The translations under genes were made by a program, and so were the position numbers. A DNA stretch of 64,000 nucleotides, from positions 2,641,292-2,705,291 of the forward strand of contig CM119265.1 of the NCBI GenBank assembly GCA_051294375.1, written 5' to 3'. Positions 15,230 to 29,373 of the stretch are shown here, in pieces; the stretch's first letter is position 1, and each line of letters opens with the position of its first letter. The stretch is from Paraspadella gotoi (taxonomy: Eukaryota; Animalia; Chaetognatha). Below the pieces are notes generated by a model, which ran no database searches, was not told the DNA's origin, and saw nothing but the letters and a program-made list of their open reading frames with translations.

Positions 15230-17206
15230 TCTGGAATCGAAATTAATTGTAATATTTTTTAATTAAACAAAAATTAAACATTTTCTTTATAATTAGTAGT
15301 TCGAGTAGTTTAACGTACTCACGGTCCCGGGTTCTAGCCCTGTTTATAGTTAAGAGTGACGGGCCGGTTAAATCACCGGATCCGAAATTCCGGAAAAAAA
15401 GGCAACTGACGAAAAAAAAACCTTTGACACCCACTGGGCACCCTAAGTGTGTAGGCTATTCACACCGTCAGAGGGGAATGGCGACCCCCTGTCCTCTCAG
15501 AAAGTTTAATTCGTAATAAAGGTTTTTAAAAAAAAAGCTTGGCAAAAAACAAAAACAAAAAAACAAAACAAAACAAAGTTATTTACAGAAATTACGATGC
15601 AGACGAATTTAAGATTGGTGATCGAAAAGTTGGTGTCACTAGTGAATATTTCGAGAAAAAATGAAGAATAAACTTGAATTATTAACCAAAATTTGGGTTA
15701 AATAGTTAGGGTTAAAATTATATGCAGAGCTTTCGGATCAGAAATAAAACGCTTTTGAAAAGTGGATAAAGGAAGAAAGGCATTAAATTTGTGAAGATAT
15801 TTTTACAAATCATCTCATTTGTTGTCTTTGAAGCCGGGGAAAAATAAGTCGAGTTGAGGGCAATTGAGAATTCTTTTTGGCGCGGGGGGGGGGGGAGAGG
15901 GAAGAGGAAGATGAGTGGACTCTCCCTTCTCTTTTTTCTGCCGCCGCCGCCGACGAGCAGCTGCTGCTGATCAAACTTGACGCGCCTTCTCCGCCGTCCG
16001 ACGCTAAGGTATTTCACGCTTGACCGTTTAAGGAGTCAATCTTTAAAAAAGTCTTTTCATTCACGCGATGAATTATATATAATATGAAATTGGTATCGTG
16101 ATCATAAAATTATTCATTCATGCAACATATGAACTATCCTGCCCGTTGAAGGTTGTTATCGTCGTTGTTGTCGCTGCAACAGAACTTTACTCTTGCTCAG
16201 TAATAAAGCGGTCGGAATCGTACGAACTTTCGTCGCTGTAGTCCACTTTTGCAAATAAATTCATTTTTTTTAGGTGTATATGTATTTTTATGGGCACTAC
16301 TTTCTGAGAGCGCTTCATTTAAAATTAGATTTTTAATCTTTAAAATTAATTTTAAACCTGTTATTTAATCCCAAACCCTCACGATTAGCTCTATCCTAAT
16401 CCATAATATTATATATATATAATATTTTACCCTGATCCCTAACCTTATTATCTAAACTCAGACCCCAACCTTAATACCTAACCAAAAAACTTTAACCAAA
16501 TTTTCGAACCTAATCCCTAACCTTAACTCAACTGACCTAATTTAAAAAAAAAAAAATTTTAGGTTGAAAGGGGCCGCTTTTAGAAAAGAGAGCCGATGTG
16601 GGAATGACAGCTGCTGCTGCTGCTGCGGCGATCGAAAACGAGACAGGTGCTGGGGGGGGGGCGGGGGGGAGGGTGAATCGGGAAGAGGAGGAGGAGTTTT
16701 CCTCCTCCTCCTCCCTTCGATTCGCTTCTTCCTCTTCTTTCTTCTTCGTCGTCTTAAGATGTTTCACGCTTAGAATTAACCAGTGAAAGTGTGAAGAGAG
16801 AATTAGTTGGTGAGTTGAAAATGAGCACGAGTGAACGTGAAAGAAGAATGGAAAGTGAGTGGCTGTGAATGATGTGAAAGTATTGGTTGAGTGAGAGTGA
16901 AAACGAGAGTTAGTTTGTTTTTGTTATTTAAGAAATGATTAGTTATGCGATTTCCGCAGTTGGAAATAATTTTGCGCTCATTTTACAAATCATTGATGCC
17001 TGAAATGTTACACGGAATTTGAAATAATACCGTAACATATTAAAAATAAGAATAAGTATTGATTGTTAGCTTACTGTTTTAGGTAATTAGGATGAGAAGA
17101 TCAAGTTTCAGGTAACCCTACTTAAGGTGATGCTTCTAACAATATTAATTACTTTATTTAATTTAAATATCTCCGGCGTTAAAAGTGTCATCATAGCTAT
17201 CAACCT

Positions 17207-17445
17207 GTTCTGAGATTGACATCTGAGATTGACATCTGAGATTGACATCTGAGTTGACATCTTTGATTGACATCTGAGATTGACATCTGAGATTGACATC
17301 TTAGATTGAAATCTGAGATTGACATCTGAGATTGACATCTTAGATTGACATCTGAGATTGACATCTGAGATTGACATCTAAGTTTGACATCTGAAATTGA
17401 CATCTAAGATTGACATCTTAGATTAACATTTGAGATTGACATCTA
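17207..17445. repeat. 13-bp minisatellite (CTGAGATTGACAT)n
   Basis: Read directly; explains the spurious ORFs at 17108-17403. Confidence 0.95.
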
Positions 17446-17755
17446 ATCATATTGAAACAGAAGTAAAACACACATTAACTAGTCAAAGATATATATAAAT
17501 CATATATTTTTTTTTTACATTTATTTTATCGAATACATTAATTGATAGTCAAAGTCAATATAAACAAAAGGAAGGTTTGTCTAAATTATCAGATTAGTTT
17601 TACAAAAGAACCATTAAAATACCATTTTTATTATCTGAATAATATATACGCAGAGAATGGATTATCAAGTGGCTTGCCTCACTTGGCTTCTTCGTCTTTT
17701 CTTCTGCTTGACCAATCAGAGAGGAGGCTTGATTATTGTAAATTATTTTATTGTT

Positions 17756-19684
17756 TCAATCGATAAAAATTATCTTGATGTTTTTGATGCCCCTTCGGCA
17801 GATGTGACAGTTTTTCAGTTTGGGAGCGCAAGTCCTGCAAGACACGTGACCGCAATCGAACACGGCGTCTTTGCTTTTCTCTTGGCAGATGGAGCAGAAT
17901 TTATCTTGCTCAAGCTGATCATTGGCCAAAGTCAGTCGGGCAATTTCTCTCTTATCTTTCTCTTTCTCTTTCATCATGCCTGATAATTGGCTTTCAAGAC
18001 TCTCCTTCACCTTTAGTAGAGAGTCCACCCGGGCTTTATCATTTACTTTGTCATTCATGAGGCTCGTTATTTGATTTTCATTGGTTTGTTTCTCTCTTAA
18101 CAGGCGTGTTATGCGTCCTTTGTGATTTTCATTTCCTCTCGTCAGGCGCAATACTTGACATACGTCTCTTTCCTTTTCTTCTGTCAGGCTTGCTATTTGG
18201 TTTTCTAAGCATTCTTTTGCTTTTATCAGCCAAGCAATGATACATTCATCTGATTCTTTTTTTGTTGTTAGAGAAGCTATTACTTGTTGATAGTCTTCCT
18301 TTTCTGCTTTTAGGTGAGAAACTTGGCTTTTAAAAGCTTCTATATCCCTTTGATTTCTCTGAGAAATAGATTCATAGAATTTTTTCAGGCCCAAATTATG
18401 TTTCAATTTGGTGGAAATATCTTCTTTTTCTCCCATCAGGTGCGTTAGCTGACTTTTTAAGTTTTCTTTTTCACTCATTAGGCCCTTGACTTGTTTTGTC
18501 CCATTTTCTTTTTCTCTCATTAGGCGCGTGACCTGGATTTCATAACTTTCTTTTTCTTGCATCAGGCACTGAACTAGAAGTTTATCACTTTCTTTTTCTC
18601 TTGTCAGGCGCGTTAGCTGGCTTTTATAACTTTCTTTTTCACGCATCAGTCGCATTAGCTGAAGTTTGAAAGTTTCTGTTGTTCTTATTGGACCGAGCGC
18701 TCTGTATGTATGACCTTCTTGTTCTATCATGAGTGTTTCGAAACCTTCCACATAACATTCAGTTTCTCTTTTTAACTTTTCAATCAATTTATCTGCGTCG
18801 ATATTTTTGTAGTAGCTTTCAATGTATTTTCCCAGGAGAAAGAAGAAGGCGAAAAACCCGAAGAGATTTCCGATGAGAGTCAAACCGATTCGTTCGCTTT
18901 GCTCGTCGTCGGCGGCAAAAGCTAGCGTAAAAAAAAAAAATACAAGTAATTATATCTTTAAATAGGAAAAAAAATGTAAGAATAATTTTAAAATTTTATC
19001 CGAAATAGAATAATTTTTATAATAGTCATTATAATGTCAAGAATTATTCATGAATCGGCTTGTAGGCAAGAGTGAGCTGAGAGGGCTCAGTTGAGAGTTC
19101 GATCTGCGAAATTGATTAATTGGGACGTGACAAGGTTAAACGATAAACAATTAAACATGCCAGTGACATGATCAGTTGATCACTAAACAATTAAACATGC
19201 CAGTGACATGATCAGTTGATCACTAAACAATTAAACATGCCAGTGACATGATCAGTTGATCACTGAGCGTCCGCAGCCCTTACGGCAGTTAATGTCCCGA
19301 GCATCACGAGAAATTTCACCCTTACAATAAATTTATAAAATGTAAAATATTACGCATTCAAAGAAGAAAATGACTTGAATAGACTTATTAGACTAGCTCC
19401 AGAGTATAATAAACATGAGCTAGCAATATTCAATAATTTTTACCACTCAACAGTCAACATGACCACAGACAAATTAAATCTGTTTCCTTCGCAGCACTAA
19501 TGAACCATCCCAATGTGGGTCCGTGGTTCGATCCCAGTGGTTCTCATATAGAACGAGGGATGGACCGTGTTACCCGCTTATGATTCCAAAGTTAACCATA
19601 GAGTTAATCATAAAGTTAATCATAAAGTTAATCATAAAGTTAATCTCAACAAAGTTATTTCTACTTACGGAAACTCGAGGCCAT
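17756..19684 (-). CDS. RING array gene C: N-terminal hydrophobic segment + 14-aa-periodic coiled coil + RING. Exons 19684-19669 (tentative), 18921-17756
   Basis: LIGNLFGFFAFFFLLG; Q-x-x-x-L-x-x-EKE repeats; CSICQEKSKDAVFDCGHVSCRTCAPKLKNCHIC. Confidence 0.85.
19145..19264. repeat. 40-bp tandem repeat x3
   Basis: TAAACAATTAAACATGCCAGTGACATGATCAGTTGATCAC repeated three times. Confidence 0.95.
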
Positions 19685-19932
19685 CTTGTCCAAAAAAAAA
19701 AAGAAAATGACGTTCAACTTTGAGATTGTTTTTCTTCAAAATCTGAAATAAAAAAATACCGGAAATAACCAAAAATTAGGACTAATTGGTCGATAGAATA
19801 CTTTTTATTGTGACCATGTTACGATTTTAATTTATATCTGTGCAAGGATCTTCATTTAACATTAATCAAGAAACAGCGCAAAATTCTTTAATCAACGAAG
19901 GGAAAACTTTGAACCTAAGAATCAAACTTTTT

Positions 19933-20730
19933 CGCCGGATCTGATTACCGCAAATTCCGGCTCCATAATTCACTTAGTCGGTCCGTCGGTTCGCTCGCAC
20001 AATCTTGTCGGTAAGTCACTTATGTCAGCTCAGAATATCAAATTATAAAAAAAAAGTTATGCCAAAAAAAACAACGATGTCCGTTCGTCCGTCCGTCCTT
20101 TGAACGCCAATTAGTCATGAATAAATAAGGCGATTGACTTGAAATTGTGCGTAGAAAAGTAATTGAGCAGGAAATCAAGTTTCGATGGAATCGTTCCTAA
20201 TGAAAATGAGTTTAAATGGAGAAAACAAAAAAGCTGTTTCACTAATTAATTATGCTTTTTTTATTTTTATATTAAATGTCAAAGCGAGCTGCATTATATA
20301 ATAATATAATTAATCAATTAATTAATAAATTATTTAATCATTCAATTGATCATTCAATCAAGCAATTAATTTATCAATCAATTAATTATCCAATCAACCA
20401 ATCAATTAATGCAACAATCAATCCATAATAAATCAATCAATCAATTAATGCAACAATCAATCCATCAATTAATCAATAAATCAATTAATCTATCAATCAA
20501 TTAATTTTCCAATTTACCAATCAATTAATGCAATCAATCAATTAATCGTCGACGCCGTCGATGCTTTCCTCGTGAGCAAACAATGCCTGATTTGCCTGAT
20601 TTGATTTGATAAATCAATTAAGTAGTTAATTCATTAATAAAATAAATGCATAAATTAATTAAGTGATTAACTGATCAATCAATCAATTAATTGATTAATC
20701 ACATCCGGCATCGTTTGCTCCAACTTATTA
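19933..20730 (+). mobile_element. DINE/Helentron-like repeat, family C
   Basis: Subterminal inverted repeat CGGATCTG..CA(C/G)ATCCG, GTCC microsatellite and AATT/CAAT-rich core; second copy at 33343-34220. Confidence 0.6.
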
Positions 20731-22904
20731 GTTTTTAGGTCTTTAAATTCACGCTTCCTATCAAGTATACATGTAAGCTTACTAGTTTATCAGGTTCACC
20801 CCGAGCAACTCGACAATATTCATCTACCAAATTGAATTATACTATTTACATTTATGAAGAAAAAAAAACCACAAAAAATACTGTTTTATGTTAAGAAACT
20901 CCATTATATTTTGTCAACGAGAGAGAGATAGAGAGAGAGAGAGAGTGAGAGAGATTAGGAATAAGATTAACAATTTTATTTTTGATTATAATAATATAAA
21001 AGATTGTTAACATGAAAAAGGAGACCGTGTTTCAAATAGTCATATTTTAATAGAGGCTTTTTACAATATTGAAAAATTGATGTACTAATAAATCTCAGTG
21101 GTTATAATTTAGAGAGGAGCACTTCAGAACAAAATATTTATTTGAATGATTAAACAAGAATATTTAGACGTGAGATAGTATTATTAACTAGTACAAAAAA
21201 TATTTTTTTATATTGTCTCATGAACAGAATAATTTTTATAGGAGGAAAAAGAAAATGGAAATATACCATCTCTGGAATGATAAAAACCTGAAAGGTTGCT
21301 GTCTGGACAAGAGCTTAGGCTTAGTCGAAAAATTTGTCCAAACTCAGTTTTTTTTAAATTGCAGTTGAAGTTGGTAAGTTAATTTTGAGAAAATTTGATA
21401 ACTTTTGTACTAATTTTGCAAAATATAGACTCAATTCAAACATCTATATGTCAAACGATATCAGTAAACCGAGAGCTTTAATTTAAGACCACTCCCAACC
21501 TTCTCCGACTTTTGGTTAAAAAGTTATTAATCAAAATATATTATTTTTTCTTTAAAAAAGTAATGAAATGGTGAGTATTATTGAGAATATAATAAGACTT
21601 TAATCTAAAAAATTGAGGATACCAACGAGTTCTATAGACAGTCTTCTTTCAATTAATTTATAAATAAAATTTTTCTTCAAGCTTAAATATAGGTACATCA
21701 TCCCCCAAAAATTTAAAAAAATATAAATTAAATTTTTAAATAATTTACCATAATGATTTTATATAATTTTACTTAATATATATGGATTAGAAACTATAGG
21801 ATCTGACCTTCATTTTGAGCCTATTGCCAACTCTTTACGATAAATATTTATTGAGATACTACCAAAAAAAGCCCCAAAAATCTTTAAAAAACTTAATTTT
21901 TAATTTATTTAAGTCATATCTCAGTGCATATATAACTTATTTTAAGTCAAATGATTTTATTCAGCAGATTAAAGTGTAAGGCACATATTAAATACCATTA
22001 GTTGTATTATTTTATCATAATTTAATCAGGACACTTAATTTTCAGCCAATTTTTACCAAATTTACATATACTTTTGATTTTTACAGCAACAAAGTACTAA
22101 AACAGGTAAATAAAAATTGATGATAAAATCTGTAAGCCAAAAGACCTTAGAATGTATTATATAGGTTTAAAAATTTTTCTCATAAAGATTTAATGATATA
22201 ATGACAATAAAAAAAATTAAAAAAATTATATATATAAATTAAAGAACCGTGTGTAGTAATATTTGAATAAAATAGTAAATTTAAATTTTTTTAAAAAACT
22301 TTTAATAAAGATTCAGATTCTTCATTAAAAGTTGAATAAAAAATATAAAACATGTTATCAAAAATTTCAGAAACTTATATATGTTAAAACGTTTTAGTCA
22401 TTTTTTGAGATCTAAACATTAAAATATCATATAACATATTTTATCAAAGTTTTTTTAATTTTTTACGGCAAATCCAAATCTGTTCTTAAAAATAAAAAAA
22501 ATTTTAAAATTTAATGATTTTAGAAGGATAATAGAAGGATATTACTACATAAATAATTAAATTTACTATACTGTTATGCTAAAAAAAAATTTTAAGCAAT
22601 TTTAAATTTGTTAATTATATGTCCATAGGCAGCAAAAAAAATGCTCAATCGCTCAATCTTTTCATCACTCCACCTTATTGCACAGTTTTGGATTTAGCTA
22701 CTCTTTCTGATATGAAAGTCTACTTAAATTAAAAACGAAATAAGTAGTTGATGATATTTTCTTGATTTTTTAAAAATTACATTGAATAATTAATTAATTA
22801 CTCCAGATGGCCTTAACTGAAAGGAAAAGTAAATTAATTTGTAAATATTATGAAATTTATGGAATACTTAAATTCTTATTTTAAAAAAGTTATTATTACT
22901 ATCA

Positions 22905-25079
22905 ATAAAGAAAAACATCGATTTGGGAAACAGTGCTAATTTTATTTAGACCATGCATTCAAACCATTTAGCTGGTTCATTATTCAAGGCCAGAGAAATT
23001 GTGGTGAGGTACAAAATTATTTACAAATAAGAGAAGGTGAGAGAAGAGGAGGAGACTCAGAGAAGAAGAAAGAGAGAGAGAGAGAGAAACTTTCAACCAA
23101 AAAGGGATTAATCCCTCATCCCCCTCCCCCCCTTGTTCTTCGTCCGGGATGTAGGTGGTCCAGGATTGGCTTCCATGCATCTGTTTTCACGTATGCTCCT
23201 TTGTCTTCGTTGAGCCCTTTGCCTGGTCCACAATCAAAATGACGAATCCAAAGAGCTTCTTCCACTCTTAGATGGTGCTTGAGCATTCTTTGGTTTTTGA
23301 TTCGTGGCTGAGAGATGATTTCAGGTTCCCAGATGAAAGGGCATCGCAATGCTCTCGATGTTGTTTCAAGCCGGAATGACGCCAATTACCCGACTCGGCT
23401 GCTCTTTTGTGTTCTGCCGTTCGAGTTTCAAAAACTACGACAGGTTTCTCAATGTATCGAGCCTTAGGAGAGCAAGAGCAACGAAAGCTATAGATTCGCG
23501 CTCCCTTTTTTGGCGACGCTTTGTTTTGTTTGGGGCGCAGAGGATGTTTGCCAGCGTCCTGTCCGCTCCTGCTAAAGAGTGATGCTCCTGCCTTTTTAAA
23601 AGCTCTTTGCAGTTGTTGGGTGATACCTGGAAGGTATGGAAGTGTAGCATAAGGGCGGAGTTCGTATTTTGTGTCGTTATGGAAAGGCAGTTCAGCAAAA
23701 AGGTTTGCTACAGTTGGTTGTTGTTGTGATCGTTGTAGTACGTCTTGTTGTTGCTGTAGTTGTTGTCTTTGTTTTCGGCTTTTATCTGATGGATGGTATT
23801 CATCAGTAATTTTTTGTAAAGTCTTTCTGTTATGGCCATTGTTTCATTAAGCGTAGTAAAATTTCTAGATTTAACTTTAATTAAAATTCTAAAAGTGAGG
23901 AACGAACAACATTATATTAATAAACATTTATGTAATAACAAAATTTATAATAAATTTTACAATTTACGCAGTAGGCCATATTTATACTAGTACTAAACCA
24001 ATAAATGTTAAAATTTCAAAACAGTTTTTGCTAAGATTTTTTTGCAGATTTGGATTCGTCATAAAAAGTTGAATATAAGAAATATAACTCTTTTTTGAAA
24101 AAATTCCTTCATTAAGTGGGTCAAAAATTAGAAAAAGCTATATTTTAAACTGAAAAATTAATTTTTTATATATTAAATATAGTTTTTTTAATTTTTAACC
24201 CACTTAATGAAAGAATTTTTAAAAATGATTTATATTTTCTTTTATCAATCTTTGACGAGGAATTCAAATCTGCAATCAAAAATAAGAAGAGCCTATTTTG
24301 AAATTTTTCGATTTTATAAGGTTAGTACTATATATAAATATAGCCTACTGCGAAAATTAAAAAACCTAAAATAAATTTCATTTACAAATTAATGTTCACT
24401 GATGGTATGTTGTTCATAATTGACTTTTAGAATTTTTGTATGTAACTTTCACTACGCCTTAGTCTTCATATTATGTCTAGGATAAGTTTTTTTTCTTTTT
24501 CCAATAATTCCGTTGAGGAGCATAATCTTTTGGCACGACAAAGCTCACCCTTGAGTGTTGAATATGTGGACATTAGGATGGTGACAGGATTGCGGTTTAT
24601 CGGGTAACGTTTGTCGCTGTTGGTTTTCGGTAGACAGAAGTTTCAAGGGTTCCATCATCTTTTTTTTTGACTAAAACGTCCAAAAATGGAAGTTTTTCCA
24701 TCTTCTTCCAATTCTCTTGTGAAACGAATGCGGGATGGATGGAGTTGAGTGCCGCATTGAAATCATCAAAAGGGTCTGTATAACTGGACTCGCTTCTTAG
24801 GCCCCTCCGATGTGGCCTTTATCCTGGACCACCTACATCCCGGACGAAGAACAAGGGGGGAGGGGATGAGGGATTAATCCCTTTTGGTTGAAAGTTTCTC
24901 TCTCTCTCTCTCTTTCTCTCTCTCTGAGTCTCCTCCTCTTCCTCTCACCTTCTCTTATTTGTAAATAATTTTTTACCTCACCACAATTTCTCTGGCCTTG
25001 AATAATGAACCAGCTAAATGGTTTGAATGCATGGTCTAAATAAATTAGCACTGTTTCCCAAATCGATGTTTTTCTTTAT
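22905..25079 (-). mobile_element. Decayed, 5'-truncated Penelope-like retroelement (RT C-terminus + GIY-YIG endonuclease) with inverted pseudo-LTRs
   Basis: Frameshifted minus-strand translation IRFTRELEEDG-KLPFLDVLV..TSVYRKPT, LPYLPGITQQLQRAFKK, IYSFRCSC..RYI..ETCR..RTAEH, EEALWI..LNEDKG; ~260-bp inverted arms 22905-23166 and 24821-25079. Confidence 0.85.
23848..24461. mobile_element. MITE family B inserted in the Penelope-like ORF
   Basis: TIRs TAA(G)GCGTAGT..ACTACGCCTTA; near-identical, reversed, to 45155-45763. Confidence 0.8.
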
Positions 25080-25114
25080 CAAACTACTCGGTGCATGAGA
25101 TGACACTTAACAAT

Positions 25115-25287
25115 CTATTATTACTATCAAAATAAATCAGAATAAATCCGAATAAAGTTATTATTACCATCAAAATAAATCAGAATGAATCAGAATAAAG
25201 TTATTATTACTATCAAAATAAATCAGAATGAATCAGAATAAAGTTATAATTACCATCAAAATAAATCAGAATAAATCAGAATAAATC
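25115..25287. repeat. ~43-bp tandem repeat (ATTACTATCAAAATAAATCAGAAT...)
   Basis: About four copies, read directly. Confidence 0.85.
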
Positions 25288-25513
25288 TCGTCTTGATTTC
25301 ACCCTTGGAAACCCATAAGTTTTACATTAAGTATACTAAGATTACTGTAATTTTGAAAATGGAAAAAAATAATCATTCACATTTTCGAAGGAATTTAAGC
25401 TTTCTTTTTACATTCAGGAAGGGAGCAATGGAAGCCTCAATACGATACATGACTAAAGGATTTTTTTTACTATTAGATATCAAACATTTAAAATATTCAA
25501 TTTATTTATTGTT

Positions 25514-26467
25514 TTAAAAGAAATAAATCATCTTGATGTTACTGATCCCACGACGACAGATGTGGCAATGATGAAGCCTGGGCGCGCAAGTATTGCAAGC
25601 CATGTGACCGCAATCGAACACGGCGTCTTTGCTTTTGTCATGGCAGATGGAACAAAGTCTCTCTTCTTCAAGCTGATCTTTTTCTTCGGTCAGGCGCTCG
25701 ATTTGTCTTTTGTACGTTTCCTTCTCTTTTATCAGGGAAAAATTACTTGGTTTTCCTTTATTTCTTTTTCTTCGGTCAGGCGCTCGATTTGTATTTTGTC
25801 CCCGTTTCCTTCTCTTTCATCAGGCAAATTACTTGCTTCTCTTTTCCTTCTTTTTCTTTTATCAGGCTCGAGATTTGGCTCGTATTGCTTTGTTTTTCTT
25901 CCGTCAGGCGTACTATTTGTCCTTCATACATTTCCTTCTCTTTCATCAGGCAAATTACTTCCTTTTCTTTTTCTTCTTTTTCTTTTAACAGGCGCAATGT
26001 TTGATTCTTATTGATTGGATTTTCTTCCGTCAGGCATGCTATTTGTCTTTTGTACGTTTCCTTCTCTTTTATCAGGGAAATTACTTGGTTTTCCTTTATT
26101 TCTTTTTCTTCGGTCAGGCGCTCGATTTGTATTTTGTCCGTTTCCTTCTCTTTCATCAGGCAAATTACTTGCTTCTCCTTTCCTTCTTTTTCTTTTATCA
26201 AGCTCGAGATTTGGCTCGTATTGCTTTGTTTTTCTTCCGTCAAGCGCGTTATTTGTCCTTCATTCATTTCCTTCTCTTTCATCAGGCAAATCACTTGCTT
26301 TTCCTTTCCTTCTTTTTCTTTTATCAGGCTCGAGATTTGGCTCACATTGCTTTGTTTTTCTTCCATCAGGCACGCAATTTGGCTTTTATATTTTTCCTTC
26401 AGGTTCCGTCTTTGTCTTCGGCATTCTCTCTCATTGTTCTCATCTAAATGTTCAGAGATCAGGAGGT
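25514..26467 (-). pseudogene. RING array gene D: 14-aa-periodic coiled coil + RING, +2 frameshift near 25800
   Basis: After the shift the frame reads LEEERLCSICHDKSKDAVFDCGHMACNTCAPRLHHCHICRRGISNIKMIYFF*; the internal repeat copy at ~26135 has CC where ~25800 has CCCC. Confidence 0.75.
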
Positions 26468-26534
26468 CTGTTCAAAGGAAAGAAGGATATACATTTTTAT
26501 GACGACTTCATGAAAAAAAATCATTTATCATTTA

Positions 26535-26735
26535 TCGCGGAGCAACTCCATAAGTCACTTTTCGGTCGGTCTGTCGGTCTTTCGGTATGTCTGTCCGTCG
26601 CTCCGTTAAAATTGCATGGAATTAGCCTAAAAGGATGGATTCATGCCAAGTAACGTCTTACCATGTCATGTAATGTCAAGTCATGTCTCGGTAAATACAT
26701 GTGATAAGGCCGTCACTTCGGCGCAACACTTTTGA
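26535..26735 (+). mobile_element. Family E repeat
   Basis: Similarity to the other family E copies. Confidence 0.55.
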
Positions 26736-29373
26736 ATTACCTCATAAACATTTACTTACGACGATCATTTGAATCAGAAAAAGCTTATCCTTTTATATAT
26801 TTAAATTATTTTTTTCGATCTTTAAATTAAAAGCTACGAAAGTTATCAAAACTAGAAAAGTTTTCGGCGACTTATTCATTTTCCAAGATGGAATTTCCGG
26901 GTTATAACGTGACTACCGTAATACGCAGTAGCAGTGCCAATTAGAATTCGACGCGCACTGCATCGAAATTCCGTCTTTTAATCTTTGAAAAAACCAAAGG
27001 TAGTATTTGCTTTTGCGAGTCAGGTAAAAATAAGGAAATATCAACAAAATTAGACGAAAACTCGTTTTTAAAAAAAATTAAACATTCTTCGAATAGAGAG
27101 TTCCGTTCAAATCTGACTACCCAAATTGCAAACGCAATTGCCAGAAATTCGGGAAGTAATCAGTTGTAAAAACGCAGGATTCCGATAGCGTTACATCTGA
27201 AGAGCTTGTCCTATTCGTTTTATCGCATTTGATAAAGGATTTGATATCAAACAAACTTGGGGAATTGCACTCCTCATCTCCAAAAAAATTTCAAATCTCG
27301 TTTTTACTATAGAAATGAAAGGGAAAGTTTACAAACTTAAAATTGCAAACGGGATTGCTATATGTTACTGTTACATGAGCGACTTCCAATTTCACGATTC
27401 CGATAGCTTTGTGTCTGAAGAGCTTGTCCTATTTTTCTTTTTTCATTTTATAATGATTTTGACATAAAATGATCAGGTTTAAATGAAATAGTCCGGTTTG
27501 AATCGCGAAATTTTTATTTTAATAATAAAAAAATTGTCACCGGATTTATAAATTCAGAAATGGGGATAATAATAGAAGGCAATCATGTTGAAAAAGAAGG
27601 GGGAAATTTTGATACTTTTTTAAAAGTTTCGTTTCCGATAAGAGGTCCAATTAAAACGATACTTAAGAATTACAATATTGACGTCATTCCACATCTTCCG
27701 ATCTGAAAATATACGAAAACTACCATTGGCTTCTTCTTTTATAGTCATCTTCTCACAAAAGGTTAAAGGAAATATTGCGCATTTCTTTTGAGGTCACGTT
27801 TTAGGATTCAACCTCAGATCATTTCAACTTCGGTCAATGACTTAGTCTGAATCGCCACTGGAACTTGAAAACTGCTGCTTGCTCAGAATCCTTTTATTGT
27901 TATCTTTTACTTTTATTTATCTTTAGGATTTTGTTAGACAAAACAAATGAACATTCTAAGTTAAGAAAAACAGCTGATTTTAATCTGTTTTAATCCCATT
28001 TGTTTCTTGAAAACATTCCAAGGAAAAATCAATAAACTGGAACGAGCTCATTATTAATTTACTATTGTTATTGAATGTTTCCATTTATTCATTCATTAAT
28101 TAATTGCTTTTGCTATAGCTTGTTGCTCTTCCATATAGATATTACGTATGCTAATTAGCCTATGAATATCTATGTGCTTTGATTATTTTATTGAGGTTTT
28201 ATCTCATAACCAAGCAAATTGGTTAATTCTGGATTTTTAAACAATCTCATAAACAAACAATAAACAATCAATGAATGGCGCCAAATACATGGAAGTCAGA
28301 AGATAACTGCCACCTGCAACGTGACTCCACAAGTATGAACCACATGCATGAGAAACATTAACTGATTTATTACCAATATATCTAGTTTTAACTAAAATGA
28401 CTCAGTATTTCATCAATCAGGCTGCATTAAATTTCTGGTCATTAGATCACCTCTTTAGAGCGATAACGTGACTGCATAAATATAACATTTATGCACATTA
28501 AGGGCTCATGGTACCAAATCTTTCTACCAAATATGAACTTAATTGATGAATTATGACCCAAGTTATGAGCTTTTAAAACGTAAGTGGGACTGACCGACGG
28601 ACAGACATACCGACCGACCGACCGACCGAAAAAGTTTCGTTGGCTCACGACCGAAGGTGTTAGGCTTATAGGCTTATAGTAGGGGTGAACTTAGGCAATG
28701 CCCGACTACATATTCAACTCACATGTAAGAAAAGACGACTCCATGGTTTCCTTCTGAAAAAAAAAAATTCAAAAATCAGTGAGAAGAAACAGTTTTTGTA
28801 CCGAATAGAAAAAAAGCCTGATAATTTTTACCTTTTTTTTATTGATTGGAGAAAAGCGATTTTGTTAGATTTTGTTAGATTCTGATATATGATTTTCGTA
28901 ATTAACCATCAAATTCTATCGGGAAAAATTAATTGATAGTAGAACCCGCTAAAAGGCTTTTGAAATTAAATTTGGCGAACAAATTTCAATGTATTTCGCA
29001 AATGTGTCTTCATTTCTGAGAATTATACGACCTGCCACGAGATCTTTAAGGTTTGAGGAAATAACGATAACGATGACTCGACTTTATCAAGAAAAATCTG
29101 GCTCCAAAGTCTCCACATAGGACTGTGAGGTTGTACAGCTAAAAAAATATGAATTTCTGAGAAATGAAGTACGTTAAATTATCCGTATGTAATTATGAAT
29201 GGGAAAAAAATTTTTTTTCTCGGGTTTTAAAAAAATTATTTGGGAAAAAAAAATAAATCTTTGATTAACTTTATCGGCCTTTATTAACAGCAAGTAAACA
29301 AAAGAGAAAAATATCTAAAATATTCATATATTTATTTTCAACTTTCTTCATTTTTTAGCCCATACTAAAAGAA

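Noticed and set aside
19145-19264. Regular repeats as a possible CRISPR array (also 17207-17445, 31590-31710)
   Set aside because: No unique spacers, no cas genes, eukaryotic context.
21260-22816. Long AT-rich segment that may be a non-autonomous DNA transposon
   Set aside because: Only weak terminal similarity, and no TSD or second copy in the window.
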